64,000 nt of DNA from Candidatus Eiseniibacteriota bacterium. GTDB lineage: Bacteria; Eisenbacteria; RBG-16-71-46; CAZAMP01. Where the stretch lies: the NCBI GenBank assembly GCA_965224245.1, contig OZ245046.1, positions 704,001 through 768,000 on the forward strand, given 5' to 3'. The notes below the pieces were generated by a model. The model did not search any database and was not told the DNA's origin. It saw only the letters and a list, made by a program, of their open reading frames with translations. The position numbers were made by a program, and so were the translations under genes. This document shows, in pieces, positions 39,954-50,198 of this stretch (positions within the stretch are counted from its first letter, which is position 1; each line of letters begins with the position of its first letter).

Positions 39954-41282
39954 GTGGTCTTCACGACGCGGCATCCGACCGCGACGACCCTCATCGGGAC
40001 GATCGTGCTCGTTCTGGGTGCGGGGACGACCGCCCTGGTCACGCTGTCCCACCGGGAATCCTTGACCAACGATCGGTTCTGCGTCTCGTGCCATCCGTCC
40101 GACGTCCATGCGTCGCTCGGGATCGGGGGGCACGAGCTGTCCTGCGCGAGCTGTCACGCCAGCACGCGCCTGGACGCCGCGGTGCTCGGACTGGCCCGTC
40201 TCGTCGGCGCCCGCGGCATGGATGCCACGCACGGCGAGGTTCCGGACGCCGGGTGCGTCTCCTGCCACGTCGATGGACGCGAGGAGGAGGGGCTGATCGG
40301 ACGATCACCCGGCCATCTCGCCCACCTGAGGCCGCCCGCACGCGCGCGGGCGGAGGCGGGGCTCCACTGCGTGCGGTGTCACCACGCGTCGGGCAGTCGT
40401 CCGGATGCGCTGGACTGCCGGAGCTCCGGGTGTCACGAGCTCGTCCGCGATCGACTCGGCGACATGGTGCTGGAGTCCGACGTCGAGTGCATGGTCTGTC
40501 ACGAGTTCACGTCGGCCCCACACGCGCCGGCGTTCGCGGCCACCGGCGACCACCCCGCACGTCCACCCATGGACGCGCTCTTCGAGACCGGGCGGCGTCC
40601 TCACGAGGCGTGCCTCGGCTGTCACGCCGGGCAGCGCCGCACCGACGTCGCGTTCGTGGGCGACCTCGCGCACGGCGGCCTCTGCGCCGCGTGTCACGAC
40701 CCGCATCGGGACACCGACCCGGTCGACGCGTGGCGTTCGTGCGCGGGCCTCGGCTGCCACGCCAGCGCGTCGCGGGAGTCGGCCTTTCACCGGGGACTCG
40801 CCCCCGACGTGCTGCCCGACTGCTCCCGCTGCCACGAGCACCACACGTGGTTCGCGGCGGGCGGGGACTGTGCCGCCTGCCACGCTCCATCCGCCCTCGT
40901 CCCGGGAGCGGTGTTCTCGCACGCCCGGCACACCGAGCTCGGGTGCGAGCGCTGCCATCGCGGGGCCGGGGAGAGCGGGACGCATGGCGAGCTCCGCGTC
41001 TGGCAGCGGGAGGACTGCATGGCGTGCCACGCGTCACACCATCGCCCCGAGGCGTCGTGCCGGAGCTGCCATCCCGCCGCTCGCGTGGCCGGGCACACGG
41101 ACGCGGCGCACGCCGGGTGCTCGGGGACCGGTTGCCACACGACGACGGTGCTGGCGCAGCTCCGGCCCACGCGGCCGGTGTGTCTGGTGTGCCACCAGGA
41201 CCGGGTCGATCACGAGGTGGAGGACAGCTGCGTGGACTGCCACGACGTCGAGGGCTTTCCGTCGGCGGCGAGTGGAGACTAG
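39954..41282 (+). CDS. N-terminally anchored multiheme cytochrome c (17 heme motifs)
   Basis: One hydrophobic helix, then NapC-like NDRFCVSCH; 14 CXXCH plus 3 CX4CH. Confidence 0.85.
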   Translation: MVFTTRHPTATTLIGTIVLVLGAGTTALVTLSHRESLTNDRFCVSCHPSDVHASLGIGGHELSCASCHASTRLDAAVLGLARLVGARGMDATHGEVPDAGCVSCHVDGREEEGLIGRSPGHLAHLRPPARARAEAGLHCVRCHHASGSRPDALDCRSSGCHELVRDRLGDMVLESDVECMVCHEFTSAPHAPAFAATGDHPARPPMDALFETGRRPHEACLGCHAGQRRTDVAFVGDLAHGGLCAACHDPHRDTDPVDAWRSCAGLGCHASASRESAFHRGLAPDVLPDCSRCHEHHTWFAAGGDCAACHAPSALVPGAVFSHARHTELGCERCHRGAGESGTHGELRVWQREDCMACHASHHRPEASCRSCHPAARVAGHTDAAHAGCSGTGCHTTTVLAQLRPTRPVCLVCHQDRVDHEVEDSCVDCHDVEGFPSAASGD

Positions 41283-41465
41283 GTCCGGCGGCCCGCTCGG
41301 CCTTGCGCCGGCGCCCCGCGCTCGGGCTCGACGCGGTCCCGGACCGGCCCGCCGCCTCGCACGATCCCTGCTTGACCCGGCGCTCCGATCCGCGAGACAG
41401 TGTCCCACTTCGATGCCCCGGCGCCTCGTCGGAGTCCGATCCGTTCCTGAGCCAGTGGAGAGCTC

Positions 41466-43040
41466 GTGAAGCCCCAAACCCGTTTTCCATCTACGGTTTA
41501 CAACATCATCAGCCTCGTCGGCCTTGCGGTCGCGCTGTTCGGCCTGGCCGCCATCCTGATCCTGTACGTGCTCTCGTCCCTGGGGGGCTCCAACCCCTAC
41601 CTGGGGATCGTGATGCTCGTCGTGCTGCCCGCGATCATGGTCGTCGGCCTCCTCCTGATCCCCGTCGGCATGTGGCGGGAGCGGCAGCTGCGGCTCTCGG
41701 GCCGCCGCAAGGCGCTGATCATCAACGTGGCCAAGCGCGGTCACCGCAACGCGATCATCACGTTCGGGGTCGGCACCAGCATCTTCCTGTTCCTGACCAC
41801 CATCGGCATGTTCGAGACGTACGAGTTCACCGAGTCCAGCACGTTCTGCGGCGAGGTTTGCCACACGACGATGGCGCCCGAGTACACCGCGTGGCACGAG
41901 TCGCCGCACGCGCGCGTGGGGTGTGTCGACTGTCACGTGGGCGAGGGGTTCGACTGGTTCGTGAAGGCGAAGATCAGCGGCGTGCGGCAGGTCTGGCAGA
42001 TGGTCAATCGCAGCTGGCCCACGCCCATCCCCACGCCGATCCACGATCTGCGTCCCGCACGCGAGACCTGCGAGCACTGCCACTGGCCGGGCAAGTCCTA
42101 CGCATCGAAGGAGATCGTCCGCGATTACTTCCTCGGTGACGAGGCCAACACGCACTGGCGAATCCGGCTCCTGTTGCACGTGGGCGAGACGTCCACCCAG
42201 TCCGGACGGCGGGCCTGGGGCATTCACTGGCACGTGGATCCGCGCAACCGCGTCGAGTACGTGGCCGGCGACGACAAACGTCTGTCGGTCTCGCAGGTCA
42301 CCTGGTGGCAGAACGGAGAGCCGGTCGTCTACTCCGAGACCGGCCAGCCGCTCTCGCCGGACGAGATCGTGGAGGCCGAGCTCGAGGGCCGCGTGCGCAC
42401 GATGGACTGCATCGACTGCCACAATCGTCCCGCGCACGTCTACCTGCCGCCCACGCTGGCCGTGAACGGGGCGCTGTCCCACGGGGCGCTCGATCGGGAC
42501 CTGCCGTTCGCGAAGCGCGAGGCGGTCCGGGCGCTCTCGGCCGCATACGGCACCCGCGACGCCGGGCGCGACTCGATCCGGACCGTGCTCGAGCGCGTGT
42601 ACGCCGACATCGGCATCGACGTGCCCCAGAGCGCGGTGGCGGCGGTGATCGATCTCTACGAGCGAAACATGTTCCCGGAGATGGGTGTGCGCTGGAACGA
42701 GTACCCGGTGCACAACAGCCACATGGAGAGCCCGGGGTGCTTCCGGTGCCACGGCTCGAACCTGCGCAACGCGGCCGGCGAACGCATTCGCGACGACTGC
42801 GATCTCTGTCACAAGATCATCGCCCAGGGCCCGGTCGAGGACGACCACGAGTTCGGCCCGTCGCACTGGACCGGAGTCGACGAGGCCGTGACCGGCGTCG
42901 AGTTCGAGCATCCGATCTCGATCGACGGCGCACAGCGCGAGATGCGGTGCTGGGAGTGTCACTCCGGGGACGACTCGATCTATCTCGAAGGCGTCCCAAC
43001 GATTCCGAACGCGGCTCTGACCGCCGAGGTCGCGCCGTGA
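41466..43040 (+). CDS. imcH: ImcH-like NapC/NirT-family inner-membrane heptaheme cytochrome
   Basis: Three N-terminal TM helices with NPYLGI; ESSTFCGEVCH..M.PEY; CVDCH, RPARETCEHCHWP, GIHWH, MDCIDCHNRPAH, GCFRCH, CDLCH, CWECH. Confidence 0.8.
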   Translation: MKPQTRFPSTVYNIISLVGLAVALFGLAAILILYVLSSLGGSNPYLGIVMLVVLPAIMVVGLLLIPVGMWRERQLRLSGRRKALIINVAKRGHRNAIITFGVGTSIFLFLTTIGMFETYEFTESSTFCGEVCHTTMAPEYTAWHESPHARVGCVDCHVGEGFDWFVKAKISGVRQVWQMVNRSWPTPIPTPIHDLRPARETCEHCHWPGKSYASKEIVRDYFLGDEANTHWRIRLLLHVGETSTQSGRRAWGIHWHVDPRNRVEYVAGDDKRLSVSQVTWWQNGEPVVYSETGQPLSPDEIVEAELEGRVRTMDCIDCHNRPAHVYLPPTLAVNGALSHGALDRDLPFAKREAVRALSAAYGTRDAGRDSIRTVLERVYADIGIDVPQSAVAAVIDLYERNMFPEMGVRWNEYPVHNSHMESPGCFRCHGSNLRNAAGERIRDDCDLCHKIIAQGPVEDDHEFGPSHWTGVDEAVTGVEFEHPISIDGAQREMRCWECHSGDDSIYLEGVPTIPNAALTAEVAP

Positions 43041-44122
43041 GGGCTCGCCATCGTTCCCGGATCCCCGGGGTCGAGATCTCCTTCGGAGCGATCCCGGCGG
43101 GAGCGATCGTCGCGGCGACCATCCTCGTGATCGGCGCCGGGTGCGGCCCCGTCGATCACACCGCCGGTGAGGCGGCGCCCGCGGACACGCTGGCCGATCT
43201 GTCGCCGTCCGAGCGTCCCGCCGGGTCGCCGCGGATGGAGGCGCTCTTCCGATCCGCCGCGGCCGGGACGTTCGACGAGGATCCGCATCGCTTCGAGTGT
43301 GCGCGATGCCACACGGGAGAGTCCGATCCGGAGGACCGGACGCTGTGGCGATTCCGGTGCCAGACGTCGGACTGTCACCCCCGGGCATGGACGGAGACCG
43401 TCTACCACCGGCTCGCACCCTCCACGTTCACGGTCTGCGTGAACTGTCACGTGCCGCACGTGTGGACCGCGAACGGCGAGGATTGCCGATCCTGTCACGG
43501 CGACATGAACGGTCCCCGGGGATCGGTCGAGCAGCACGTCCTGGCCACGTCGAAGCACTTCGAGCACTCGCTCCACTGGGACGTGGACTGCCGCCGGTGC
43601 CACGAGACGAAGAGCCACCACGCGTCGCGCGGACCCGCGTCGTCGGCCACGTGCATGTCGTGTCACCACGGTACCCAGATGAGCGCCGACTGCTCGAGCT
43701 GCCACGACCCGGGGAGCATCGCCCCGCTGGTGACCACGCGGGTGGCGTTCGACATCGGCGGCACCGAGTACGACCGCGAGGTGTCGTTCCCGCATCCGAT
43801 CCACGTGGATCTCGAGTGCTCGGACTGCCACACGTCACGCGAGAACGTGCGTGACGTGGAGGCGTGCGTGTCCTGCCACGACTTCCATCACGACCCCGGC
43901 GCGTCGTGCGTGTCGTGTCACACGCCCCCGCCGAGCGACGCGCACGACGTCGAGGTGCACGAGGAAGCCTGCTCGTCGTGCCACGAGCGGACCGAGTTCG
44001 ACGCGGCCTCGTTGAGCCGGGAGGTCTGCCTCGTGTGCCACCGGGCGCCGCCCGATCACGACCTCGAGGACGAAGAGGCGTGCACGTCGTGTCACGACAT
44101 GCCGGAGCGGAGTCTGGACTGA
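43037..44122 (+). CDS. Multiheme cytochrome c lipoprotein (13 heme motifs)
   Basis: GTGA overlap with the imcH-like stop; lipobox-like GAGC; 12 CXXCH plus CQTSDCH; FEHSLH and FPHPIH c7/c3-like His motifs. Confidence 0.85.
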   Translation: MRARHRSRIPGVEISFGAIPAGAIVAATILVIGAGCGPVDHTAGEAAPADTLADLSPSERPAGSPRMEALFRSAAAGTFDEDPHRFECARCHTGESDPEDRTLWRFRCQTSDCHPRAWTETVYHRLAPSTFTVCVNCHVPHVWTANGEDCRSCHGDMNGPRGSVEQHVLATSKHFEHSLHWDVDCRRCHETKSHHASRGPASSATCMSCHHGTQMSADCSSCHDPGSIAPLVTTRVAFDIGGTEYDREVSFPHPIHVDLECSDCHTSRENVRDVEACVSCHDFHHDPGASCVSCHTPPPSDAHDVEVHEEACSSCHERTEFDAASLSREVCLVCHRAPPDHDLEDEEACTSCHDMPERSLD

Positions 44123-44170
44123 GCGGTTTCGCTCGGGGAGCGCGCCGGTGCGCGCCCCCCGGGATCGCGC

Positions 44171-46147
44171 CTAGCGCACCCGCACGATCCGCTCGCTGGT
44201 GACGGCCCGATCCGCCTCGAGCGTCACGTAGTACACGCCCGGCGCCGCCGGATGCCCGTCCTCGCCGAGGCCGTCCCACGCGAGCCGGAGCGTCCCCACG
44301 TCGATCGGCCCGCGGTGAACCGTGGCCACTTGCCGTCCCGTCGTGTCGTAGAGCCGCACCGTCGCGTCGTCGTACGGGCGACCGCTCCGGAGCTCGATCG
44401 AGACCACGCCCGCCGAGGGCTGGGGCGCCACCCGCGTCACCCGTGCGGTGACCGCCGATGCGACGTCGGGCGTCCCGACCGCGGTGACCTCCTCGTGCCA
44501 GTCGAGGATCCAGTTGTCGGGATCGAACACGATCGCCGTCGGCGTTCCGGTCAGGACGTCGAGCGTGAAGACCTGATACGGTGCGTCGTTCCAGATCGTG
44601 AATCGCTCGGTGCCCGAGGTCGTGACCACGTCGACCTCGATCGGCATCGTGAACAGGTTGGACTGCTGCTGATCGAGGGTCAGGACCACGTCGCCGGCTC
44701 CGTCGACCGTATACGCATACTGGTAGTCGGGACGACCGGGTCCGTAGATCCACTCGTCGAAGAAGTACGACAGATCCTGTCCGCTCCGCGACTCCATCAC
44801 GGCCTGGAGATCCTCGGTGGTCGCATGGGAGTACGCGTGCGCCGCGCGGTAGTCCAGAACGCCGGCCCAGAAGTCGTCCTCACCCAAGACGCCGCGCAGC
44901 ATGTGCACGACCCATGCGCCCTTGCGATACACGACGCCCGAGAAGATCTCCCATGGGTTCGTCAGGTCGTAGCGATACACTGGTGTGTCGAAGCCGTCGG
45001 GATCGTCGATCCAGTCCATGTAGTCCGCGTAGCCCCCGGGCACCTGGGATCCGTACCAGACGCCCTCCGACCAGGTCGCGAACCCCTCGTTGAGCCAGAT
45101 GTGCCCCCAGTCGGCGCACGTGACGAGATCGCCCCACCACTGATGTGCCAGCTCGTGCGCGATGATGAGCTCCGAGCCGACGCAGCAGGAGCCCATGGAC
45201 GTCATCGTCTGGTGCTCCATCGCGCCGCCGAACGGAAACTCCACCATCCCGTAGCGTTCGGCCAGGAACGGGTACTCGCCGAACACGGTCCGGTAGAGCT
45301 CGATCTGCTCGGCCACGACCGGCCACGAGGAGAGCGATTCGCTCTCGTCCTCGGGGTACACGTAGTACTCGAGCGGCATCTCGGTGCCGTCGCCCGCGAC
45401 GTAGATGTCCGTCCAGGTCGTGAAGTTCGTGACGGTCGCCGCGATCAGATACGTCGCGATCGGATAGTCGGTGTGGTGCCGGTACGTCTTCGTGGCGCCG
45501 TCGTCGTCGACGCCGACGAGGAGACCGTTCGAGACGGCGACGTACTCGGACGGCACGGTGATCGCGACGTCACACGTGGCCTTGTCGGTCGGGGTCTCCT
45601 TGCACGGCCACCACGTGCGGGCGAACCAGGGCTCGCTCAGTGATGCCGCCAGCGGCGTGCCCGCGTGCGTGTCGAAGACGAAGCTCTGGAGGCCTTCCTC
45701 GGGCGGCGTGCCGTTGTACGCGATCGTGATCGCGAACGCGTCGTCCTCGCTCATCGCGGCGTCGAGGGTGATCGACACGCGGTGATCGGCGCGCGTGAAG
45801 GTGAGGGGAGTGCCGTCGTGATCGATGGACGTGATCGTCAGATCGTCATGAAGATCGATCGGCACCGACAGGAGGTTCGGGATCAGGCTGACCGCCGAGA
45901 TCGTACAGGCCCCGTCCACCGTGTGCGCGTCGAGGTCGATCGCGAGATCGAGATCGTAGTGCTGCACGTCGAACGTGGTGACGGGCGGCGGAGGCCCCAG
46001 CACCGCGGCTCGGAGACGCTCGGACTTGATGGCGCTACAGCCCTGCGAGGGATCGAGATCAGCAAGGCTCGGCACCTCGGCGCGTGCGGCGACCGCCGCG
46101 ATCAGGAGAACCGTCGAGAGCATGGGGAAGGCGCGCGAGACGCACAT
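44171..46147 (-). CDS. Secreted M1-family aminopeptidase with FlgD/T9SS-like C-terminal domain
   Basis: GGAMEH, HELAHQWWG, WLNEGFAT, VYRKG; PQP..WDG..PGVYYV. Confidence 0.9.
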   Translation of the reverse strand: MCVSRAFPMLSTVLLIAAVAARAEVPSLADLDPSQGCSAIKSERLRAAVLGPPPPVTTFDVQHYDLDLAIDLDAHTVDGACTISAVSLIPNLLSVPIDLHDDLTITSIDHDGTPLTFTRADHRVSITLDAAMSEDDAFAITIAYNGTPPEEGLQSFVFDTHAGTPLAASLSEPWFARTWWPCKETPTDKATCDVAITVPSEYVAVSNGLLVGVDDDGATKTYRHHTDYPIATYLIAATVTNFTTWTDIYVAGDGTEMPLEYYVYPEDESESLSSWPVVAEQIELYRTVFGEYPFLAERYGMVEFPFGGAMEHQTMTSMGSCCVGSELIIAHELAHQWWGDLVTCADWGHIWLNEGFATWSEGVWYGSQVPGGYADYMDWIDDPDGFDTPVYRYDLTNPWEIFSGVVYRKGAWVVHMLRGVLGEDDFWAGVLDYRAAHAYSHATTEDLQAVMESRSGQDLSYFFDEWIYGPGRPDYQYAYTVDGAGDVVLTLDQQQSNLFTMPIEVDVVTTSGTERFTIWNDAPYQVFTLDVLTGTPTAIVFDPDNWILDWHEEVTAVGTPDVASAVTARVTRVAPQPSAGVVSIELRSGRPYDDATVRLYDTTGRQVATVHRGPIDVGTLRLAWDGLGEDGHPAAPGVYYVTLEADRAVTSERIVRVR

Positions 46148-46407
46148 GGCGCAACTCCTCGAGGAGGCAGGGGGGGATGTCCGGCGAGAATCGCCAACGG
46201 AACCCTCCACGATGCGCCGGGCGGGTCGAGCGCCGCAATCGTGGGTTCCCCGTATGTACGGGGATTCCACGATTCAACCGGACCGGCACCCATCTAGAAT
46301 GATCGGTCGAATTGTGGTCGCCGCTGCTCGCATCCGCACTCGCGGGTCGGCGTCGCGCCGATCCCGGCTGTGGGCGCAATGGATCGACTCCAGACCGGGA
46401 GGAGCTC

Positions 46408-48642
46408 ATGGGGTCCCTCGCTCGCCTGCCGCGCCCGGTGCTCCACGCCGCCACCGGCGTCGCGTGCGGTATCGTGGTCACGTTCGTCACACCCGGGACC
46501 GCGTCCGCCGACGGCGCCTGCTTCAACTACCTCGAGAGCCTCCGTTGGTCGGTCGCGGATGCCTCTCTCGGCTACGTGGAAGAGACGGCACTCGTCGGAG
46601 ACCGGCTCTACGCGCTGAGCACGTATCCCACGGTGCTGCACGTTCTCGACGTCGGCGATCCGGACGCGCCGGTCGAGCTGGGGTCGCTCGGGCTCGCCGG
46701 CGAAGGAGAGGCGGACTACCGGCTCCACGTCGATGGATCTCTCGTCTACGTCCCGCGTCCGACCGGCCTCTGGATCGTGGACGTGTCGGATCCCACCGAC
46801 CCGACCCTGCGGGGACAGGTCACGACCGGCGCCCCGGCCTACGACGTGACGGTCGTGGCCAGCCATGCTTACGTGTCCTACGGCCACTCCGCCACATCGC
46901 TCGGACTCGGGGTCGTGGACGTCTCCGATCCCGACGCCCCCACGCTCGTCACGGAGCTCGAGCGCCCGGCGTGGTCTCCGGTCCTCGCGGTGAGTGGCTA
47001 CGTCGTCGTTGCGAAGGACGAGGGCCTCGACGTGCTGGATGTCTCCGATCCGAGCGCGCCGACGCCCGCCGAGACCTGGGCGCTGGGAGGCCCCGCCGTC
47101 GACCTCGACGTCCGGAACGGGCGCCTGTACGCCGTGGCGAACACCGAGCTGACCGTGCTCGACGTGACCACCCCGACGACGCTGAGCTTCGTCGCGTCGT
47201 TCGACGTCGAGCTTCCGGTGTCGCGACTCGCCGTGGACGACACCAGCGCGTACGTGATCGTCGATCACGGAATGGTGTACGCCAGCCGGCTCGTGATCGT
47301 CGGTCTCCTGGGAGGCCCCCACGCGGTGGGCGCGATCGCGGCGCCCGACTACGCGAACGGCGTCACCGTCGGCTCCGAGCGGGCCTACGTCGGCGGCCAG
47401 GATGCGGGACTCCTCGTCGCCGATCTCCGGTACCCGGGCACCGCGCCGAAGGTGGGCCACCTGGCGACCGCGTTTCCGGTCGCGGACGTGGTCGTCGCGC
47501 ACCCGTACGCCTACGTGGCCGGCGGCTTCGGGGGTGGGCTGGGTGTGATCGACATCTCCACGCCCACCGCGCCCACCGCGGTGGGCAACCTGACGACGCT
47601 GGGGACCGCGATCCGGGTGGCCGTATCGGGACCGATCGCGGCGCTGTCCGACGACCAGACGTTGCGCATCGTCGACGTCTCGGCTCCGGCGAGCCCGACC
47701 GAGATGGGGTCGGTTGCGCTGCCCTCCACCGCACGAGGCTCGGAGTTCGACGGCGGCATCGTGTTCGTGGCCGCCGACGACGCGGGGCTTCAGGTCGTCG
47801 ACGCCTCGACCCCCGAGGCGCCGTCGATCTGCGCGTCGATCGCGTCACCCGATGGCGCCTACGACGTCGCACTCCACGGCAACTACGTCTACCTGGCCAC
47901 CGAGGCCCGCACGCTGATGGTGGTGGACGTAACCGATCCCTGCATGCCGGCGCTCGTGACGAGCGTTCCCACGCCGGGCTATGCGTACGTCGTGCACGTC
48001 CTCGGCGACCGGGCGTACGTCGGCGACTCGACCGGCCTGACGATCTTCGACCTGACCGACCCGGCAGCGCCGAAGCTCGAGAGCTCGCTGGCCACCGGGG
48101 CTGTCTGGGGCATCCAGGTCCGGGGGTGGTACGCCTACCTGATCGGCCCCACCGGGATGCGGGTCGCGTACGTGGCCGACGAGATGAGCCCGGCGCTGAT
48201 GGGCGGGGTGACGTCGAACGCGTTCGCACGTGGCGTCGGGGTGACGGACACACACGTGTTCGTGGCCGACCAGGGTGACGGCCTCGCCGTCTACGAGATC
48301 GAGTGCGAGGGTGTGGTGCCGATCCTGGAGCCCGCGGACCATCCATCGCTCACACCCGCGCGCACGTGGCTCGGCACCGCGGCGCCGAACCCGTTCAACC
48401 CCATCACGCGGATCGCGTTCGCGGTGCGAGACCGCGATCCACTGAGCCTCGCGATCTACGACACGGCGGGCCGCCTGGTGCGACGTCTAGCAGATGGGCG
48501 TTCGCTCGCGCCCGGCACCTACGACGCACGGTGGGACGGACGGGACGACGCCGGTCGCGCGGCCCCGAGCGGGACGTACGTCGTCCGGCTCTGGACGCGG
48601 CGAGGGATCGACGAGCATCGGAAGATCTCGCTGATCCGGTGA
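46408..48642 (+). CDS. LVIVD-repeat protein with FlgD-Ig C-terminal domain
   Basis: GGAGGAG RBS; repeated L.[IV]VDVSDP..P units; PNPFNP..WDG..SGTYVVRL. Confidence 0.85.
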   Translation: MGSLARLPRPVLHAATGVACGIVVTFVTPGTASADGACFNYLESLRWSVADASLGYVEETALVGDRLYALSTYPTVLHVLDVGDPDAPVELGSLGLAGEGEADYRLHVDGSLVYVPRPTGLWIVDVSDPTDPTLRGQVTTGAPAYDVTVVASHAYVSYGHSATSLGLGVVDVSDPDAPTLVTELERPAWSPVLAVSGYVVVAKDEGLDVLDVSDPSAPTPAETWALGGPAVDLDVRNGRLYAVANTELTVLDVTTPTTLSFVASFDVELPVSRLAVDDTSAYVIVDHGMVYASRLVIVGLLGGPHAVGAIAAPDYANGVTVGSERAYVGGQDAGLLVADLRYPGTAPKVGHLATAFPVADVVVAHPYAYVAGGFGGGLGVIDISTPTAPTAVGNLTTLGTAIRVAVSGPIAALSDDQTLRIVDVSAPASPTEMGSVALPSTARGSEFDGGIVFVAADDAGLQVVDASTPEAPSICASIASPDGAYDVALHGNYVYLATEARTLMVVDVTDPCMPALVTSVPTPGYAYVVHVLGDRAYVGDSTGLTIFDLTDPAAPKLESSLATGAVWGIQVRGWYAYLIGPTGMRVAYVADEMSPALMGGVTSNAFARGVGVTDTHVFVADQGDGLAVYEIECEGVVPILEPADHPSLTPARTWLGTAAPNPFNPITRIAFAVRDRDPLSLAIYDTAGRLVRRLADGRSLAPGTYDARWDGRDDAGRAAPSGTYVVRLWTRRGIDEHRKISLIR

Positions 48643-48797
48643 TCAGGGGCGGGTGCGGCCGACGCCACCGTCGGGCTGCGCCCGGCGTGTCCGCCGGCGG
48701 CACGGACGTCGTGCCGCCGGTCGCCGCCTCCACCCTGTCGCTTGCTCTGCGCATCGGTCGGGCGTACCGTGCCCCACTTTCCTTGCCGGAGACCGCG

Positions 48798-50198
48798 ATG
48801 AGCCCGACGACGCCGGAGCTGACCCGGCGCGCCATGCGCCTCTCGATCTGGGAAGGCGTCGTCTGGGCGCTGATGGTCGGGCTGGGCGAGACGTACTTCG
48901 TGGCGGATGCGGTGCGGCTTGGGGCGACCGCGCTCGAGCTGGGGCTCGTGGTGACGTTGCCCTTGGCGCTCGCCGGGATCGGTCCCCTGGTGACGCTCTC
49001 GCTTCTGCGGGTGCGGAGCCGACGGGCTCTGGCCACGCTGGGGGCGTCCGCGCAGACCCTCACGCTGGCCGTGCTCGCCACGCTGGAGTGGACGGGCATC
49101 CTCACGCCGAGATCGCTGATCGCGGTGGCCTGCATCTATGCGATGGCGGGACAGGCCGCCGGCACCGCGTGGTCGTCGTGGTACGGGGACCTGGTGCCGG
49201 CCGCCGAGCGCGGTCGCTACTTCGCCCGCCGGAACCGCGCCATCTACGTCACGACGTGTCTCGGGCTCGTCCTCGGCGGGTTGCTCCTCCAGCGTCTGGA
49301 GCCGGCATCCGCCGGGGCGGCGGTCGCCGCAGGCGGGGGGCTCGGGTTCGCGGTCATCTTCACGATCGCCGTGGCCTGCCGGGCGGCCTCGGCGATCCTG
49401 CTCGCACGTTCTCCCGAGCCGCCGTTTCGTGGCATCGCCGACCGCCACGAGACCCGTGCCTTCTTCACGAGCCGCCCCGGACGGCGCGCACTGTCGCTCC
49501 TGGCGGTGGCGACGACGTTCCACTTCGCGGCCTATCTCAGCTCGCCGTACTTCGGGCCCTTCATGCTGGAGACGCTCCGCTTCACCTACGTCGAGTACAT
49601 GATCGCCAGCGTGTGGGTGGTCGTGATCAAGGCGCTGTCGACGCTCTGGTGGGGACGGGGCGTGGATCGCTTCGGTGCCGGACGGATGTTCCGGCTGGCC
49701 TTGTTCCTGGTGGGGCTCGTGCCCGTGCCCTGGATCGTCGCTCACGACCTCTGGATCGTGCTGCTCGGTCAGGGCCTTTCGGGGCTCGCCTGGTGCGGGT
49801 ACGAGCTCGGGTTCTTCACGTCGATGCTGGAGTCCACGACGCCGGCGACGCGACCGAGCGTGTTCGCGGCCCAGAGTCTGGTCGTCGGATGGGCGCAGCT
49901 CGCGGCCGGTGTCATCGCCGCGCACCTCCTGGGGGCGCTCGACGGCGGGTTCCGGACGCTCTTCGCGATCAGCGCCGGGCTTCGCCTCGGGATCGCCGCG
50001 CTGATGCCGCTGTGGATGCGCCGGGACGTGGTCCTGGTCCCGGTGAGGACCGCCGCGCTCTCGTTCCGCTCTCTCGGATTCCGGCCGAGCGGCGGGCTGT
50101 CCCGCCGGCCGGTGTTCGATGCGCCCGACGAGGTCGAGGGCGACCCGATCGGGGCTCTGCCGGAGACGGCCGCGCCGGAGGCCTCGTCGCGGGACTGA
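48798..50198 (+). CDS. MFS transporter
   Basis: About 12 TM helices; WYGDLVPAAERGRYF, WGRGVDRFG. Confidence 0.85.
   Translation: MSPTTPELTRRAMRLSIWEGVVWALMVGLGETYFVADAVRLGATALELGLVVTLPLALAGIGPLVTLSLLRVRSRRALATLGASAQTLTLAVLATLEWTGILTPRSLIAVACIYAMAGQAAGTAWSSWYGDLVPAAERGRYFARRNRAIYVTTCLGLVLGGLLLQRLEPASAGAAVAAGGGLGFAVIFTIAVACRAASAILLARSPEPPFRGIADRHETRAFFTSRPGRRALSLLAVATTFHFAAYLSSPYFGPFMLETLRFTYVEYMIASVWVVVIKALSTLWWGRGVDRFGAGRMFRLALFLVGLVPVPWIVAHDLWIVLLGQGLSGLAWCGYELGFFTSMLESTTPATRPSVFAAQSLVVGWAQLAAGVIAAHLLGALDGGFRTLFAISAGLRLGIAALMPLWMRRDVVLVPVRTAALSFRSLGFRPSGGLSRRPVFDAPDEVEGDPIGALPETAAPEASSRD

Noticed and set aside
38573-42139. 1188-aa ORF and other long Arg/Pro/Gly-rich ORFs (e.g. 9929..12214, 45975..48278, 48519..50858)
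   Set aside because: Shadow frames of motif-supported genes, expected at this GC content.
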